64,000 nucleotides of DNA from Candidatus Eiseniibacteriota bacterium (lineage in GTDB: Bacteria > Eisenbacteria > RBG-16-71-46 > CAVPCR01), in NCBI GenBank assembly GCA_963702435.1, contig CAVPCR010000005.1, positions 224,001-288,000 on the forward strand, read 5' to 3'. The position numbers and the translations under genes were made by a program. The notes beneath the pieces were generated by a model. It made no database searches. It saw only the letters and a program-made list of their open reading frames with translations, and had not been told where the DNA came from. This document shows positions 28,071 to 37,563 of this stretch, piece after piece. Position 1 is the first letter of the stretch. Each line of letters starts with the position of its first letter.

Positions 28071-29096
28071 CTAACCCCGCCGTCCGGTGAGAACGACGAC
28101 GTAGCGGTCGGGGGGCAGCGGGCTCTGCGCGTGGCCCTTGAGCAGGACGGCGAGCGCCGAGGTCGAGGCCGGCAGCACGTCGAGCCCCTCGCGCTCGCGG
28201 AGGAGCCGGGCGTGCGCGAGCATGGCCTTGTCGGTGGCATCCCCCGCCCAGCCGCCGGAGGAACGGATCGCATCGAGCGCGATCTGGCCGTCGAAGGCGT
28301 GCCAGTTGACGAGCGGTTCGTTGATCCCGGTCTCCTTGGCGTCGGCGGGATCGAGATCCACGCACTCCGGCAGGTTGTTGACGAAGGAGCGCACGATCGG
28401 ATTCTTGCGATAGGTGGACGCGCCGATCATGCGCGGCACGCGCGAGATCTTGCCGCGGCGCTCGAGGCGAATGAAACCGTGGTGGATCCCGGCGAGGGTG
28501 GTGCCGTTCGAGACCGGCACCGCTACCGCCGCCGGGGCGTCGCGCAGCTCGTCGAAGATCTCGTAGGCGATTCCCGCGTAGGCCTCGAGCTGCAGGTCGC
28601 CGTTCTCCGATCCCGGGTTGGCGTCGTACCACTCGTGGATGGCGGCACGCTCGCGGCTCATCATGACCGCGTCTTCGTAAGTGCCGGGGACGCGGAACAC
28701 GTGCGTGCCGGCGGCCTCCATCTCTGAGGCCCGCCGCGTCGAGAAGCTCTCGGGCACGAAGGCGATCGAGCGCATCTTGGCCGCGCGCGCCGCATAGCCG
28801 ATGGCGGCTCCGAAGTTGCCGCAGGTGGCGACGGTGATGACCTCGTAGCCGCGGCGGAGCGCATCGCGCACCATGGTGAAAGCGACGCGGTCCTTCTGCG
28901 TGCCGGTCGGGTTCCCGCCCTCGAACTTGAGGTAGATCTGGCGAAGACCGGTCTCGCGCTCGAGGTTGCGTGCGCGCTGCAGCGTGGTGTCGCCGACCTC
29001 GGCATCGACGAAGTCGTCGAACGCCTCGAGAGCCTTGGTGAGTGCGGCGTGATCGGGCCGCGGGGCGAGGGGGCTCAGCCGTTCTTGTGTCGTCAC
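28071..29096 (-). CDS. PLP-dependent fold-type II enzyme (threonine synthase-like)
   Basis: LKFEGGNPTGTQKDR (PLP lysine), ATCGNFG, VPVSNGTTLAG, VVVLTG. Confidence 0.85.
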   Translation of the reverse strand: MTTQERLSPLAPRPDHAALTKALEAFDDFVDAEVGDTTLQRARNLERETGLRQIYLKFEGGNPTGTQKDRVAFTMVRDALRRGYEVITVATCGNFGAAIGYAARAAKMRSIAFVPESFSTRRASEMEAAGTHVFRVPGTYEDAVMMSRERAAIHEWYDANPGSENGDLQLEAYAGIAYEIFDELRDAPAAVAVPVSNGTTLAGIHHGFIRLERRGKISRVPRMIGASTYRKNPIVRSFVNNLPECVDLDPADAKETGINEPLVNWHAFDGQIALDAIRSSGGWAGDATDKAMLAHARLLREREGLDVLPASTSALAVLLKGHAQSPLPPDRYVVVLTGRRG

Positions 29097-29210
29097 GCAT
29101 CCTCCGCTCGCACCCGGCGCGAGGAGGCCGGGACCGAGCCGGGTGTGAGCCAGGCGATCGCGGCGGGCAGATCCCGGTGAGCCCGAGCGCCGTGCCCGCG
29201 ACGGCGAATC

Positions 29211-29238
29211 ATTGTGCCCGACTGGCGCTCCAGGTCAA
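29211..29238 (-). promoter_or_regulatory. Sigma70-type promoter for the PLP/DUF1611/creatininase/epimerase operon
   Basis: Minus strand TTGACC-N16-CACAAT about 115 nt upstream of the start at 29096. Confidence 0.45.
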
Positions 29239-29330
29239 GCATCGCCTCGCCTGCCGCGGCCGATTCCGGACCGCGGGGCGTGCGGCGGCCGCCGGGCAGC
29301 GGCCCCGGAGAGAAACGGCCCCAGAGAGAA

Positions 29331-29383
29331 GCGGCGTCCGCGGCGGCGCGGCGTCCGCGGCGGCGCGGCGTCCGCGGCGGCGC
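29331..29383. repeat. 17-bp GC-rich tandem repeat, three copies
   Basis: (GCGGCGTCCGCGGCGGC)x3, intergenic. Confidence 0.75.
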
Positions 29384-29407
29384 GCGGCGGGACAGCCGGC
29401 GGCAGCG

Positions 29408-29716
29408 TCAGGTCCGGAGCTTCCGCCCGACGCGCTTCTCGACGCCTTCGACCTTCGCGGCGAGCCGCGACGCCGTCCCCTTCCGGTAGTCCACCTTGAT
29501 CGAGACCGTGACCCGCTCCGAGTCCGCGCTCACGCGCTCGAAGCAGCGCTTGACGACACCGAACACCTCGTCCCAGGTGCCCTCGAGCACGGTGCCCATC
29601 GGGCCGAAGCGGTACTCGACGCCGCTCTCGTCGACCAGGTCGAGGCACCGCGCGACCTCGGCGCCGATGCTCGGCCCCTTGTCGAGGGGAACCAGACTGA
29701 ACTCGAGCATGATCAT
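29408..29716 (-). CDS. MTH1187/YkoF-like thiamine-binding family protein
   Basis: LEFSLVPL, YRFGPMGTVLEG, RVTVSIKVDYR. Confidence 0.88.
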   Translation of the reverse strand: MIMLEFSLVPLDKGPSIGAEVARCLDLVDESGVEYRFGPMGTVLEGTWDEVFGVVKRCFERVSADSERVTVSIKVDYRKGTASRLAAKVEGVEKRVGRKLRT

Positions 29717-29871
29717 GGTTACCAGGCCTCCTTGCCGCGCCGGCCGGGCTTGAGCCCGGGGGGGCTCGCTTGACCGCGGCCGCAGGCCTACCGTACCATG
29801 CCGTCCTCCGAGTGATCTCCTGCCCGAGGCGGCGAGCGCCGCATCCGCTCGGTCCCCCGCAGAGGAGTCCC

Positions 29872-31047
29872 GTGGCCCACGACGCCGCTCCATCCCTCAT
29901 CCGGCCGGCGGGCGCCGATCCGGCCTCGGCCCCTGCCGGCGCATCCGGTGTCGCCGCGCCCGGCGAGCGCCTGTCGCCGGCCGCCGCCGACCGCCTCTGG
30001 GCGGAGGCGCCGACCGCCGAACTCCGCCGGCGCGCGCACGAGCGCCGCCTGGCCCTGAACGCTCCGCATCGCGTCACCTATCTCGTCGACCGCAACATCA
30101 ACTACTCGAACGTCTGCATCACCGACTGCCAGTTCTGCGCCTTCTACCGCCCGCCCGGCCATCCCGAGGCCTACGTGAACTCGCGCGAGACGATCGGCGC
30201 GAAGATCGCCGAGCTCGTCGCCGCCGGCGGCACGCGCATCCTGATGCAGGGCGGACATCACCCCGAGCTCAGGCTCCCCTGGTACGAGGATCTCCTGACC
30301 TGGATCCGCCTCGCGTTCCCGTCGATCGAGATCAACGCCTTCTCGCCGTCCGAGATCGACCACATCGCGACGATCGAGGGGCTGAGCGCCGAGACCGTGC
30401 TCGCCCGCCTCGCCGCCGCCGGGCTCCGCGGCCTGCCGGGCGGCGGCGCCGAGATCCTCGACGACGAGGTGCGGGCGCGCGTGAGCCCGAAGAAGCAGAA
30501 GACCGCCGGCTGGCTCGAGGTGATGGCGATCGCGCAGCGGCTGGGCCTCACCACGACCGCCTCCATGGTCATCGGCTTCGGCGAGTCGGTGCGTGAGCGC
30601 CTGAACCACCTCGAGGCGCTGCGCGCGCACCAGGATCGCGCGCTTGCGACCCACGGCAACGGATTCACCGCCCTCATCGTGTGGACCGCGCAGTTCGAGA
30701 ACACGAGCCTCGGCGCGTCCCGCCTCCGCCCGAGTTTCGGCGCCGGCCGCGAGGAGTACCTGCGCCATCTGGCGCTCTCGCGGCTCTACCTCGACAACTT
30801 CGCCCATATCCAGGCGTCGTGGCCGACGATGGGGCCGGAAGTGGCGCAGGAAGCGCTCGCGTACGGGGCCGATGACTTCGGCTCGACGATGCTCGAGGAG
30901 AACGTGGTCTCGGCCGCCGGCACCGTGCGCACGCGGATGGATGCCGCCGAGATCCGGCGCTTCATCCGGGAGGCCGGCTTCGTGCCGGCGCAGCGCGACA
31001 GCCGCTACGCGATCCTCTGCGAATTCGCCGCGGAGGAGCGCGGCTAG
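29872..31047 (+). CDS. mqnC: Cyclic dehypoxanthinyl futalosine synthase (radical SAM, menaquinone futalosine pathway)
   Basis: DRNINYSNVCITDCQFCAF, LMQGGHHP, PGGGAEIL, GADDFGSTMLEENVVSAAG; AGAGGAG RBS before GTG. Confidence 0.87.
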   Translation: MAHDAAPSLIRPAGADPASAPAGASGVAAPGERLSPAAADRLWAEAPTAELRRRAHERRLALNAPHRVTYLVDRNINYSNVCITDCQFCAFYRPPGHPEAYVNSRETIGAKIAELVAAGGTRILMQGGHHPELRLPWYEDLLTWIRLAFPSIEINAFSPSEIDHIATIEGLSAETVLARLAAAGLRGLPGGGAEILDDEVRARVSPKKQKTAGWLEVMAIAQRLGLTTTASMVIGFGESVRERLNHLEALRAHQDRALATHGNGFTALIVWTAQFENTSLGASRLRPSFGAGREEYLRHLALSRLYLDNFAHIQASWPTMGPEVAQEALAYGADDFGSTMLEENVVSAAGTVRTRMDAAEIRRFIREAGFVPAQRDSRYAILCEFAAEERG

Positions 31048-31391
31048 CCCTTGCCGGACTCGCCCGGCGGGAAGCCGCCGTCCGGGATCCGGAGCCGGGC
31101 CACCGGCTCCCCCCGCTCGAGATGGCTCTCGATGATCTCGTCGACGTCCGCGAGCGTGACCCCGCCGTACCACACCTGCTCGGGATAGACGACGACGGTC
31201 GGCCCCAGCTCGCACGCATCGAGACAACCGCACTGATTGGCGCGGACCCGGGTCGCGAGACCGCGCCGGCGCACCTCGGCCTTGAACCGCTCGCGAATGG
31301 CGACCGAACCCTTCGCCGCGCACGAGCCGCGGACATGGCCGGCCGGGCGCTCGTTCACGCAAATGAAGACATGGCGCTCGTAACGTGGCAT
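31044..31391 (-). CDS. Thioredoxin-like [2Fe-2S] ferredoxin
   Basis: HVFICVNER...GSC...CGCLDACELGPTVVVYPEQVWY. Confidence 0.9.
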   Translation of the reverse strand: MPRYERHVFICVNERPAGHVRGSCAAKGSVAIRERFKAEVRRRGLATRVRANQCGCLDACELGPTVVVYPEQVWYGGVTLADVDEIIESHLERGEPVARLRIPDGGFPPGESGKG

Positions 31392-31599
31392 GGGGTTGGT
31401 CTCCACGGTGTCTGGGGAGGGAGCCCGGATCATAGCGAAAGCGTCCGCCGAGGGGCAGCTGCCCCAGGCACCGGGCCCGGCGCGCGGCGAGCACGGGTGA
31501 ACTCGACTTCGCGCACGGAACTGCCGATAGGCAAGGGACCATGTCGACGCCCGCGCCGCTCCCAGATCCCGAGCCCGCAGGAGAGCCCCGGCCGGGCCC

Positions 31600-32766
31600 G
31601 TGCCTGCAGCGCCCGTGCCTGCAGCGCCCGCCTCGCCCGCGCCGGCACCGGCCGGGCCCGCGGCGGCACCCACGCCCGCCCGGCGGCTCGCCGCGCTTCG
31701 CGCCCACGTGGCGCCGCGCTGGCTCAACGCGCCGCCGCTTCTCGTCACGACCGCTGCCGAGGGCGCGCCGCCCGAGCTCCTGTTCATCGAGCCGGTGCTC
31801 GCCGATCGGGTGATCCTCCTCGTCTTCTGGGACATGACCTGCGCGCTCTCGCTCCGCACGGTCCCCTTCCTCGCCGCCTGGCACCGGCGCTACGCCCGCT
31901 TCGGGCTCACCATCATCGGCGTCCATGCCCCGGAGTTCGGCTTCGGCCGTGAGCGCGCCCACGTCGAGCGCGAGGTGGCGCGGCTCGGGATCACCTACCC
32001 CGTCCTGCTCGACAACGACTTCGCGGTCTCGCGGGCGCTCGACAACCAGGTCTGGCCGCGCACGATCCTCCTCGATCGCGGCGGGCAGGTCGTCCTCGAT
32101 CACGCCGGCCCGGGCGGCTACGCGCAGATCGGCACCCACATCGTCGCCGCGCTGGCGGTCGAGCCGGCGGGCGTGTCCCCGCTCCGGCCGCTACCGGAGC
32201 CGGCCGCCCCGCAAGCGCGGGTGCAGACCCTCCCGGCCACCCCGGACCTCTATTGCGGTTTGTTGCGGACAGAAGTGAAAAACCGCGAAAGGTCCGGTGC
32301 CGGCGAGTCCGTCGTCGACCACCCGGAGGAGAGCCGGCGGGTGAGCGACCGCCTCTACCGGAACGGGCCCTGGCGATCGACCCCGGAGAGCTGGATCGCG
32401 CTGCCCGCGCCCGGGAAGCCGTCCGTCCTCCGCGTGCGGGCCACGGCGGCGGAGATCGGCGCCGTGCTGCGCGGGGATCCGGGCGGCACGGACGTCCGCG
32501 TGCTCCTCAACGGGCGGCCGATCCGCCGCGAAGGTGCCGGCGCCGACGTCGTGCGCCCGGACGAGACGGCAGGTGCGCGCGCGAGCCTCTGCCGTGCGGC
32601 CGAGCCGCGGCTCTACCGGCTCGTCCGCGGGCCGGTGCACGCGACCGTGGAACTTGCGCTGGTCGTCGCGGCCGGCGAGCTCGAGGTCTTCGCACTCCGC
32701 TTCCAGGGCGGCATCGCGCCCTCCCGGGGCGCGACCGCCCGGGGGGCGGGGCCACCGGCCGTCTGA
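31600..32766 (+). CDS. DipZ-like redoxin with C-terminal beta domain (start uncertain)
   Basis: WLN, FWDMTCALS, IGVHAPEF, YPVLLDND, NQVWP, TPDLY, EPRLYRLV. Confidence 0.72.
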   Translation: MPAAPVPAAPASPAPAPAGPAAAPTPARRLAALRAHVAPRWLNAPPLLVTTAAEGAPPELLFIEPVLADRVILLVFWDMTCALSLRTVPFLAAWHRRYARFGLTIIGVHAPEFGFGRERAHVEREVARLGITYPVLLDNDFAVSRALDNQVWPRTILLDRGGQVVLDHAGPGGYAQIGTHIVAALAVEPAGVSPLRPLPEPAAPQARVQTLPATPDLYCGLLRTEVKNRERSGAGESVVDHPEESRRVSDRLYRNGPWRSTPESWIALPAPGKPSVLRVRATAAEIGAVLRGDPGGTDVRVLLNGRPIRREGAGADVVRPDETAGARASLCRAAEPRLYRLVRGPVHATVELALVVAAGELEVFALRFQGGIAPSRGATARGAGPPAV

Positions 32767-32994
32767 AGCCTCTGCTCCGGTCCTCCGGCGCTGCCGGCCG
32801 CGGCGGGCAGTGCGCACCGGACCGCCCGGCCTTCTTCCATCCCCGCCGGCCGGCGCCGTGCCCGGGGCCCCGGCCGGACCGTGCTGGCCCCTTGCCGGGC
32901 GGGCCCCGGGTATGGTGGCATGAAGGCGGGCGGGCAGCCGCGGGGGGGGCGGAAGGAGTGCCCAGGACGCCCCCCGGCGGCCGGCGATCGGGGC

Positions 32995-33023
32995 TTGCAC
33001 CACCCGCCCGGCGGGTTTAGGTT
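32995..33023 (+). promoter_or_regulatory. Sigma70-type promoter of the acidic microprotein
   Basis: TTGCAC-N17-TAGGTT, followed by GGAGGT RBS. Confidence 0.45.
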
Positions 33024-33071
33024 ACGCGCCCACTGCGGCCAGGCGGGGCCGCAGAGCGGAGGTAATCGACC

Positions 33072-33335
33072 ATGGCAGTCTGTGCGTTCTGCGAAGAAAC
33101 GATCGTCGGCACGCCGATCATCCGCGGTGGCCAGCGATTCTGCAGCCCGGAGTGCGTCGAGGCGTATGCCTCCTACGAAGAGGACGAGGACGACGACATG
33201 GACGAGGACGAGGAGTTCGAGGACGAGGAGTTCGAGGACGAGGACGAGGACGACTTGGACGATGACGACGACCTCGAGGATGATTACGACGACTACGAGG
33301 ACGAGGACGAGGACGAGGAGGACGACGCGCTCTAG
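33072..33335 (+). CDS. Small Cys4 metal-finger (TRASH/YHS-like) protein with long Asp/Glu tail
   Basis: CAFC...FCSPEC then about 50 almost purely D/E residues; strong GGAGGT RBS. Confidence 0.75.
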   Translation: MAVCAFCEETIVGTPIIRGGQRFCSPECVEAYASYEEDEDDDMDEDEEFEDEEFEDEDEDDLDDDDDLEDDYDDYEDEDEDEEDDAL

Positions 33336-33388
33336 TCGCCGGAGCGATCGCTCCGGGCGCTGGCCCCGGCGCCAGCGCTTCCGCTCCC

Positions 33389-33513
33389 GGCTCTCCTCAC
33401 CACGAGTCGGAGTGAACTGATCGGATCCCGTTCAAGCCTGCCGCGAAGGACTCGAGCCTGACCCAGCGATCCGGGACACCCACCGGGGCATGGAACCGAA
33501 ATCCAGGAGAGCC
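33389..33513 (-). ncRNA. Candidate structured RNA directly downstream of the HNH gene
   Basis: Ends GGCTCTCCT/AGGAGAGCC are complementary and enclose short hairpins; family not recognised, strand assumed. Confidence 0.3.
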
Positions 33514-33514
33514 C

Positions 33515-34102
33515 TCACTCTTCAAGCTCGACGTTCCAGTACTTCTCCGAAACAAACCTCTCCCAGCTCACGCGCCGCCGCCCGAGATTCAGGCTCAGGT
33601 ACGGGCTCCACGTCGGCTGCTGCGGGATGCGGATGAGCGCGAGCCCCGACTCGGGGAGCGTGCGGTCGGCCTTGCGCTTGTTGCACTTGAGGCAGGCCAC
33701 GACGCAGTTCGCCCAGGTGCTCCGCCCGCCGCGCGAGCGCGGGATGATGTGATCGATGGAGAGCTCGTCGCGACCGGGCTGGTGGCCGCAGTACTGGCAG
33801 GTGAACTGGTCGCGCCGGAAGAGATTCCGCCGGGAGAAGATCACGCGCTTGCGCGGCACGCGATCGAAGACGTGCAGGAGCACGATCTCCGGTACCCGGA
33901 TCTCGAAACGCACCGAGCGGATGCGGGGCTGGCCGTCCTCCACGCCGAGCGCGGACCAGCTCCCCCAGTCGTGGAGCTCGAACGTCTCGGGCGCAACAGC
34001 CCGCGCCACGTCCATGTAGAGCATGCAGAGCGCGCGGCGCACGCTCACGGTGTCGATCGCGAGCCAGTGACGGTTGAGGACCAGAGCGCGTTCGTCGAGC
34101 AT
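33515..34102 (-). CDS. HNH endonuclease (McrA-like)
   Basis: RRNLFRRDQFTCQYCG, IDHIIPRSRGG, WANCVVACLKCNKRK. Confidence 0.92.
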   Translation of the reverse strand: MLDERALVLNRHWLAIDTVSVRRALCMLYMDVARAVAPETFELHDWGSWSALGVEDGQPRIRSVRFEIRVPEIVLLHVFDRVPRKRVIFSRRNLFRRDQFTCQYCGHQPGRDELSIDHIIPRSRGGRSTWANCVVACLKCNKRKADRTLPESGLALIRIPQQPTWSPYLSLNLGRRRVSWERFVSEKYWNVELEE

Positions 34103-34247
34103 GACCTTCACTCCAGCACTCGCTCTCGCGAGTGGCCATCCAGGCTGGATGGACGGTGCCATGCATGACGATAAGCGGACGCGGGCCTCGCGGTCAACGC
34201 CGACTGCGGTCGCACCCCGCCGGCGGGGGTCGGGCGGTCGCGTCGAA

Positions 34248-34529
34248 TCAGGCGGGGCGCTTGGCGAGCGATCCCATCACATCCTGGATCAGATGCTTCG
34301 CCTGCTCGATCCGGGCCGCGATGGCCTGCATGTCCCGGCTCGGATGCGCTTGATCGTCGGAGCGGCGGCAATAGACGGCGTGCGATCCGGCCGCGACCAG
34401 CGCCTCGGTGAGGAGGTCGAGACCGAGAGCGAGGCGGCCGCGATCCTGGCCGAGCCTGAGGCCCAGCTCCTCGAGTGCCGCTGCATGCTCGGCGTAGACC
34501 GCGGGGCGCATCGGATCCGGCTTGTCCAT
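34248..34529 (-). CDS. Hypothetical helical protein
   Basis: 93-aa ORF with GAGAGGAG RBS and plausible composition. Confidence 0.6.
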   Translation of the reverse strand: MDKPDPMRPAVYAEHAAALEELGLRLGQDRGRLALGLDLLTEALVAAGSHAVYCRRSDDQAHPSRDMQAIAARIEQAKHLIQDVMGSLAKRPA

Positions 34530-34916
34530 GGCGAGCTCCTCTCGGTTCCTGCCCGGGCGATCCGCGAGTGACGCGGGGCGCGTCCAGCTCGATCCTGCTC
34601 GGTCCTTCTCGATTCCCTGCCGCCCGCGGCCGATACCCAGTTGGGACCCGGCCCGGGGGCGAGCGTTTCAGTGGAACCGGGCCGCCGATCGAGGCGGTTC
34701 GGATGGGGGGGGCGAATCGGCCGCGGGCCGGGGCGATCTCCGGCCGGGCCGGTCGAGCAGCGGGCGCGTACGAGGGAGGCCGGCGCCCGGCGCCGCGTCC
34801 GGGGAGCGACGGCGGGTTCCGCCGGCCCGGCGCGCGTGCTATACTGATCGGTCTCTCCCGCTCGATCTTGTTTTCCCTCAACGAATTAGCCAGGACCACC
34901 TACCCAGGACCAAGCG

Positions 34917-37037
34917 GTGACGGATGTGAACCACCGGGTCGAAACGGCGCCCGGCCCCCTCAACCACGACGATCTCCTCGGCGTGTATCGCACGATGGTG
35001 ACATCGCGCGCCATCGACGACGAGGAGATGAAGCTCAAGCGGAAGAACCAGTACTTCTTCCAGATCTCGGGCGCAGGCCATGAGGCGATCCTGATCGCCG
35101 CCGGCAAGGCTCTCCGTCCGGCCTACGACTGGTTCTACCCCTACTACCGCGACCGCGCGCTCCTCCTCGAGCTGGGGATGACGCCGCTCGAGATGTTCCT
35201 CTGCGGCGTCGGTGCGGCCGATGATCCCAACTCCGGCGCCCGCCAGATGCCGAGCCACTGGGGACACCGGGCGCTGAACGTCGTGTCGCAGTCGAGCCCG
35301 ACCGGCACGCAATGCCTGCAGGCCGTGGGCTGCGCCGAGGGCGGCCGCTACCACGGAATCGTCAAGGAGATCGCCGAGCGCGAGACGCGGTTCCGCGCCG
35401 ACGAGGTCGTCTACGTCTCGATCGGCGACGGCGCCACCAGCGAGGGCGAGTTCTGGGAGGCGCTCTCGACCGCCTGCGTCGAGAAGCTCCCGGTCTTCTT
35501 CCTGGTCGAGGACAACGGCTACGCCATCTCGGTGCCGGTCGAGGTGCAGACTCCCGGCGGCTCACTCTCCGCCGTCGTCCGCCACTACCCCGGCCTCCTC
35601 CATCTCGAAGTGGATGGGAACGATATCCTTGCCTCGCTCGAGGCTTGCCGCGAGGCGGTGGGGCATTGCCGGGCGCGGCGCGGCCCCGCCTTGATCCGCG
35701 CATCCGTCACCCGCCCCTACTCGCATTCGATGTCGGACGATCATGCGGCCTACCGGGCCAAGGACGAGATCCGCGCCGAGAACGAACAGGATTGCATCCG
35801 CAAGCTCGAGCGGCTCCTCCTCGAGCAGGAGATCGCGACCCCGGCCGACATCGAGCGGGTGAAGAAGGACGTGGCGGAGGCGGTCGCGGCGGCCTCGGCC
35901 GCGGCGCTCAAGGCGCCGCGCCCGCCGTCGGGATCGGGAACGCTCTACGTCTATTCGCCGGATGTGGATCCGACGAGCGCCGAGTTCGAGACCGCGCCCG
36001 AGCCGTCGGACGAGATGATCTCGATCGTCGAGGCTGTGAACCGCTGCCTCCGGGACGAGATGGCGCGCGATCCGCGCATCCTCGTCTTCGGTGAGGACTG
36101 CGCGGACGCGACGCGCGATGAGATACTGGCCGAGGTCCCGGGAAAGGGCGGCGTCTTCAAGGTCACGCACAAGCTCCAGCGCCAGTTCGGGAAGCACCGC
36201 GTCTTCAACAGCCCGCTCGCCGAGGCCAACATAGTCGGGCGAGCGATCGGCATGGCCACGCGCGGCCTCAAGCCGGTGCCGGAGATCCAGTTCTTCGACT
36301 ACATCTGGCCGGCGATGATGCAGATCCGGAACGAGCTGGCGATGATGCGCTGGCGTTCGAACAATGCGTTCAAGTGCCCGCTCGTCATCCGCGTGCCGAT
36401 CGGCGGTTATCTGGGCGGCGGCGGCGCCTACCACAGTCAGTCGGGCGAGGTCATCTTCACCCACTCGCCCGGGCTCCGGGTGGTGATGCCTTCAAACGCG
36501 CTGGACGCGAGCGGGCTCCTGCGCACCGCGATCCGCTGCGACGATCCGGTGCTCTTCCTCGAGCACAAGCATCTCTACCGCCAGCCCTATGCCAAGGCGC
36601 CCTACCCCGGACCCAACTACATGGTGCCGTTCGGCAGGGCGAAGGTCGTACGCCCGGGACGCGACCTCACGATCATCACCTACGGCGCCCTGGTCCGCCG
36701 CTCGCTCATCGCCGCCGACCGCGCCGCGGGCGACCACAAGATCGAGGTCGAGATCATCGATCTGCGATCGCTCGCGCCGTGGGATCAGGCGGCAGTCGGC
36801 GCATCCGTCAAGAAGACGGGCAAGGCCCTCGTCGTCTACGAGGACACGATCTCGTTCGGCTACGGGGCCGAGGTGGCGGCGTGGATCGCCGATCGGGTGT
36901 TCGAGTGGCTGGATGCGCCGGTGCGGCGCGTGGCGAGCCTCGATACCCCCGTCGCCTACGCGCCCAACATCGAGGACGAGATCCTCCCGCAGACGGAGGA
37001 CGTGCTCGCCGCGATCCGCGAGCTGGCTGCCTACTAG
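34917..37037 (+). CDS. 2-oxoacid (probably branched-chain) dehydrogenase E1, fused alpha/beta subunit
   Basis: GAGHEA, YYRD, RQMPSH, TPP motif GDGATSEG...EDN, SHS, FNSPLAE, EIQFFDY, HSQS. Confidence 0.92.
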   Translation: MTDVNHRVETAPGPLNHDDLLGVYRTMVTSRAIDDEEMKLKRKNQYFFQISGAGHEAILIAAGKALRPAYDWFYPYYRDRALLLELGMTPLEMFLCGVGAADDPNSGARQMPSHWGHRALNVVSQSSPTGTQCLQAVGCAEGGRYHGIVKEIAERETRFRADEVVYVSIGDGATSEGEFWEALSTACVEKLPVFFLVEDNGYAISVPVEVQTPGGSLSAVVRHYPGLLHLEVDGNDILASLEACREAVGHCRARRGPALIRASVTRPYSHSMSDDHAAYRAKDEIRAENEQDCIRKLERLLLEQEIATPADIERVKKDVAEAVAAASAAALKAPRPPSGSGTLYVYSPDVDPTSAEFETAPEPSDEMISIVEAVNRCLRDEMARDPRILVFGEDCADATRDEILAEVPGKGGVFKVTHKLQRQFGKHRVFNSPLAEANIVGRAIGMATRGLKPVPEIQFFDYIWPAMMQIRNELAMMRWRSNNAFKCPLVIRVPIGGYLGGGGAYHSQSGEVIFTHSPGLRVVMPSNALDASGLLRTAIRCDDPVLFLEHKHLYRQPYAKAPYPGPNYMVPFGRAKVVRPGRDLTIITYGALVRRSLIAADRAAGDHKIEVEIIDLRSLAPWDQAAVGASVKKTGKALVVYEDTISFGYGAEVAAWIADRVFEWLDAPVRRVASLDTPVAYAPNIEDEILPQTEDVLAAIRELAAY

Positions 37038-37089
37038 GCCTGCCGGTCGGCGGCCCGCCGGCGCGCGGGGCGAGCAGAGGAAGCGAGCC

Positions 37090-37530
37090 ATGCACGAGCT
37101 GAGCCGCCTGCTGGCGCCGGCCCTCATCGAGGCCCGGCGCGGCCTCGATGAGGGCGGCATCCCGATCGGATCGGTGCTCTACCGCGGCGGCGAGATCATC
37201 GGCCGCGGGCACAATCGCCGGGTGCAGGAGCTCGACCCGATGGCGCACGCCGAGATCGACTGCCTGCGCAGCGCCGGCCGCCAGAAGACCTACCGCGACA
37301 CGACCCTGGTCTCGACGCTCATGCCGTGCTACCTGTGCGCGGGCGCGGTCGTCCAGTTCGGCATCCCGTGCGTCATCGTCGGCGAGTCGCAGAGCTTCCC
37401 CGGCGCGCGCGCCTTCATGGAGGCGCATCGGGTCGAGGTGGTGGACCTCGCCGATCCCGCCTGCATCGCCCTGATGGCGGCCTTCATGCGGGAATCTCCC
37501 GAGCTGTGGAACGAGGACATCGGCCGGTAG
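37090..37530 (+). CDS. Cytosine/nucleoside deaminase (yeast-type, zinc-dependent)
   Basis: EGGIPIG, HNRRVQ, HAE, PCYLC, PELWNEDIG. Confidence 0.9.
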   Translation: MHELSRLLAPALIEARRGLDEGGIPIGSVLYRGGEIIGRGHNRRVQELDPMAHAEIDCLRSAGRQKTYRDTTLVSTLMPCYLCAGAVVQFGIPCVIVGESQSFPGARAFMEAHRVEVVDLADPACIALMAAFMRESPELWNEDIGR

Positions 37531-37563
37531 GCGTCCGGCTCCCCGGCGCCAGCGGGTTGCTCG

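Noticed and set aside
33389..33513. SRP RNA or a canonical tRNA
   Set aside because: It lacks the SRP helix-8 GGAA/AGCAG motif and a full cloverleaf; kept only as an unknown structured candidate.
33072..34529. Prophage, mobile element or restriction-modification island around the HNH gene
   Set aside because: No integrase, transposase, methyltransferase, att-like repeats or evident compositional shift.
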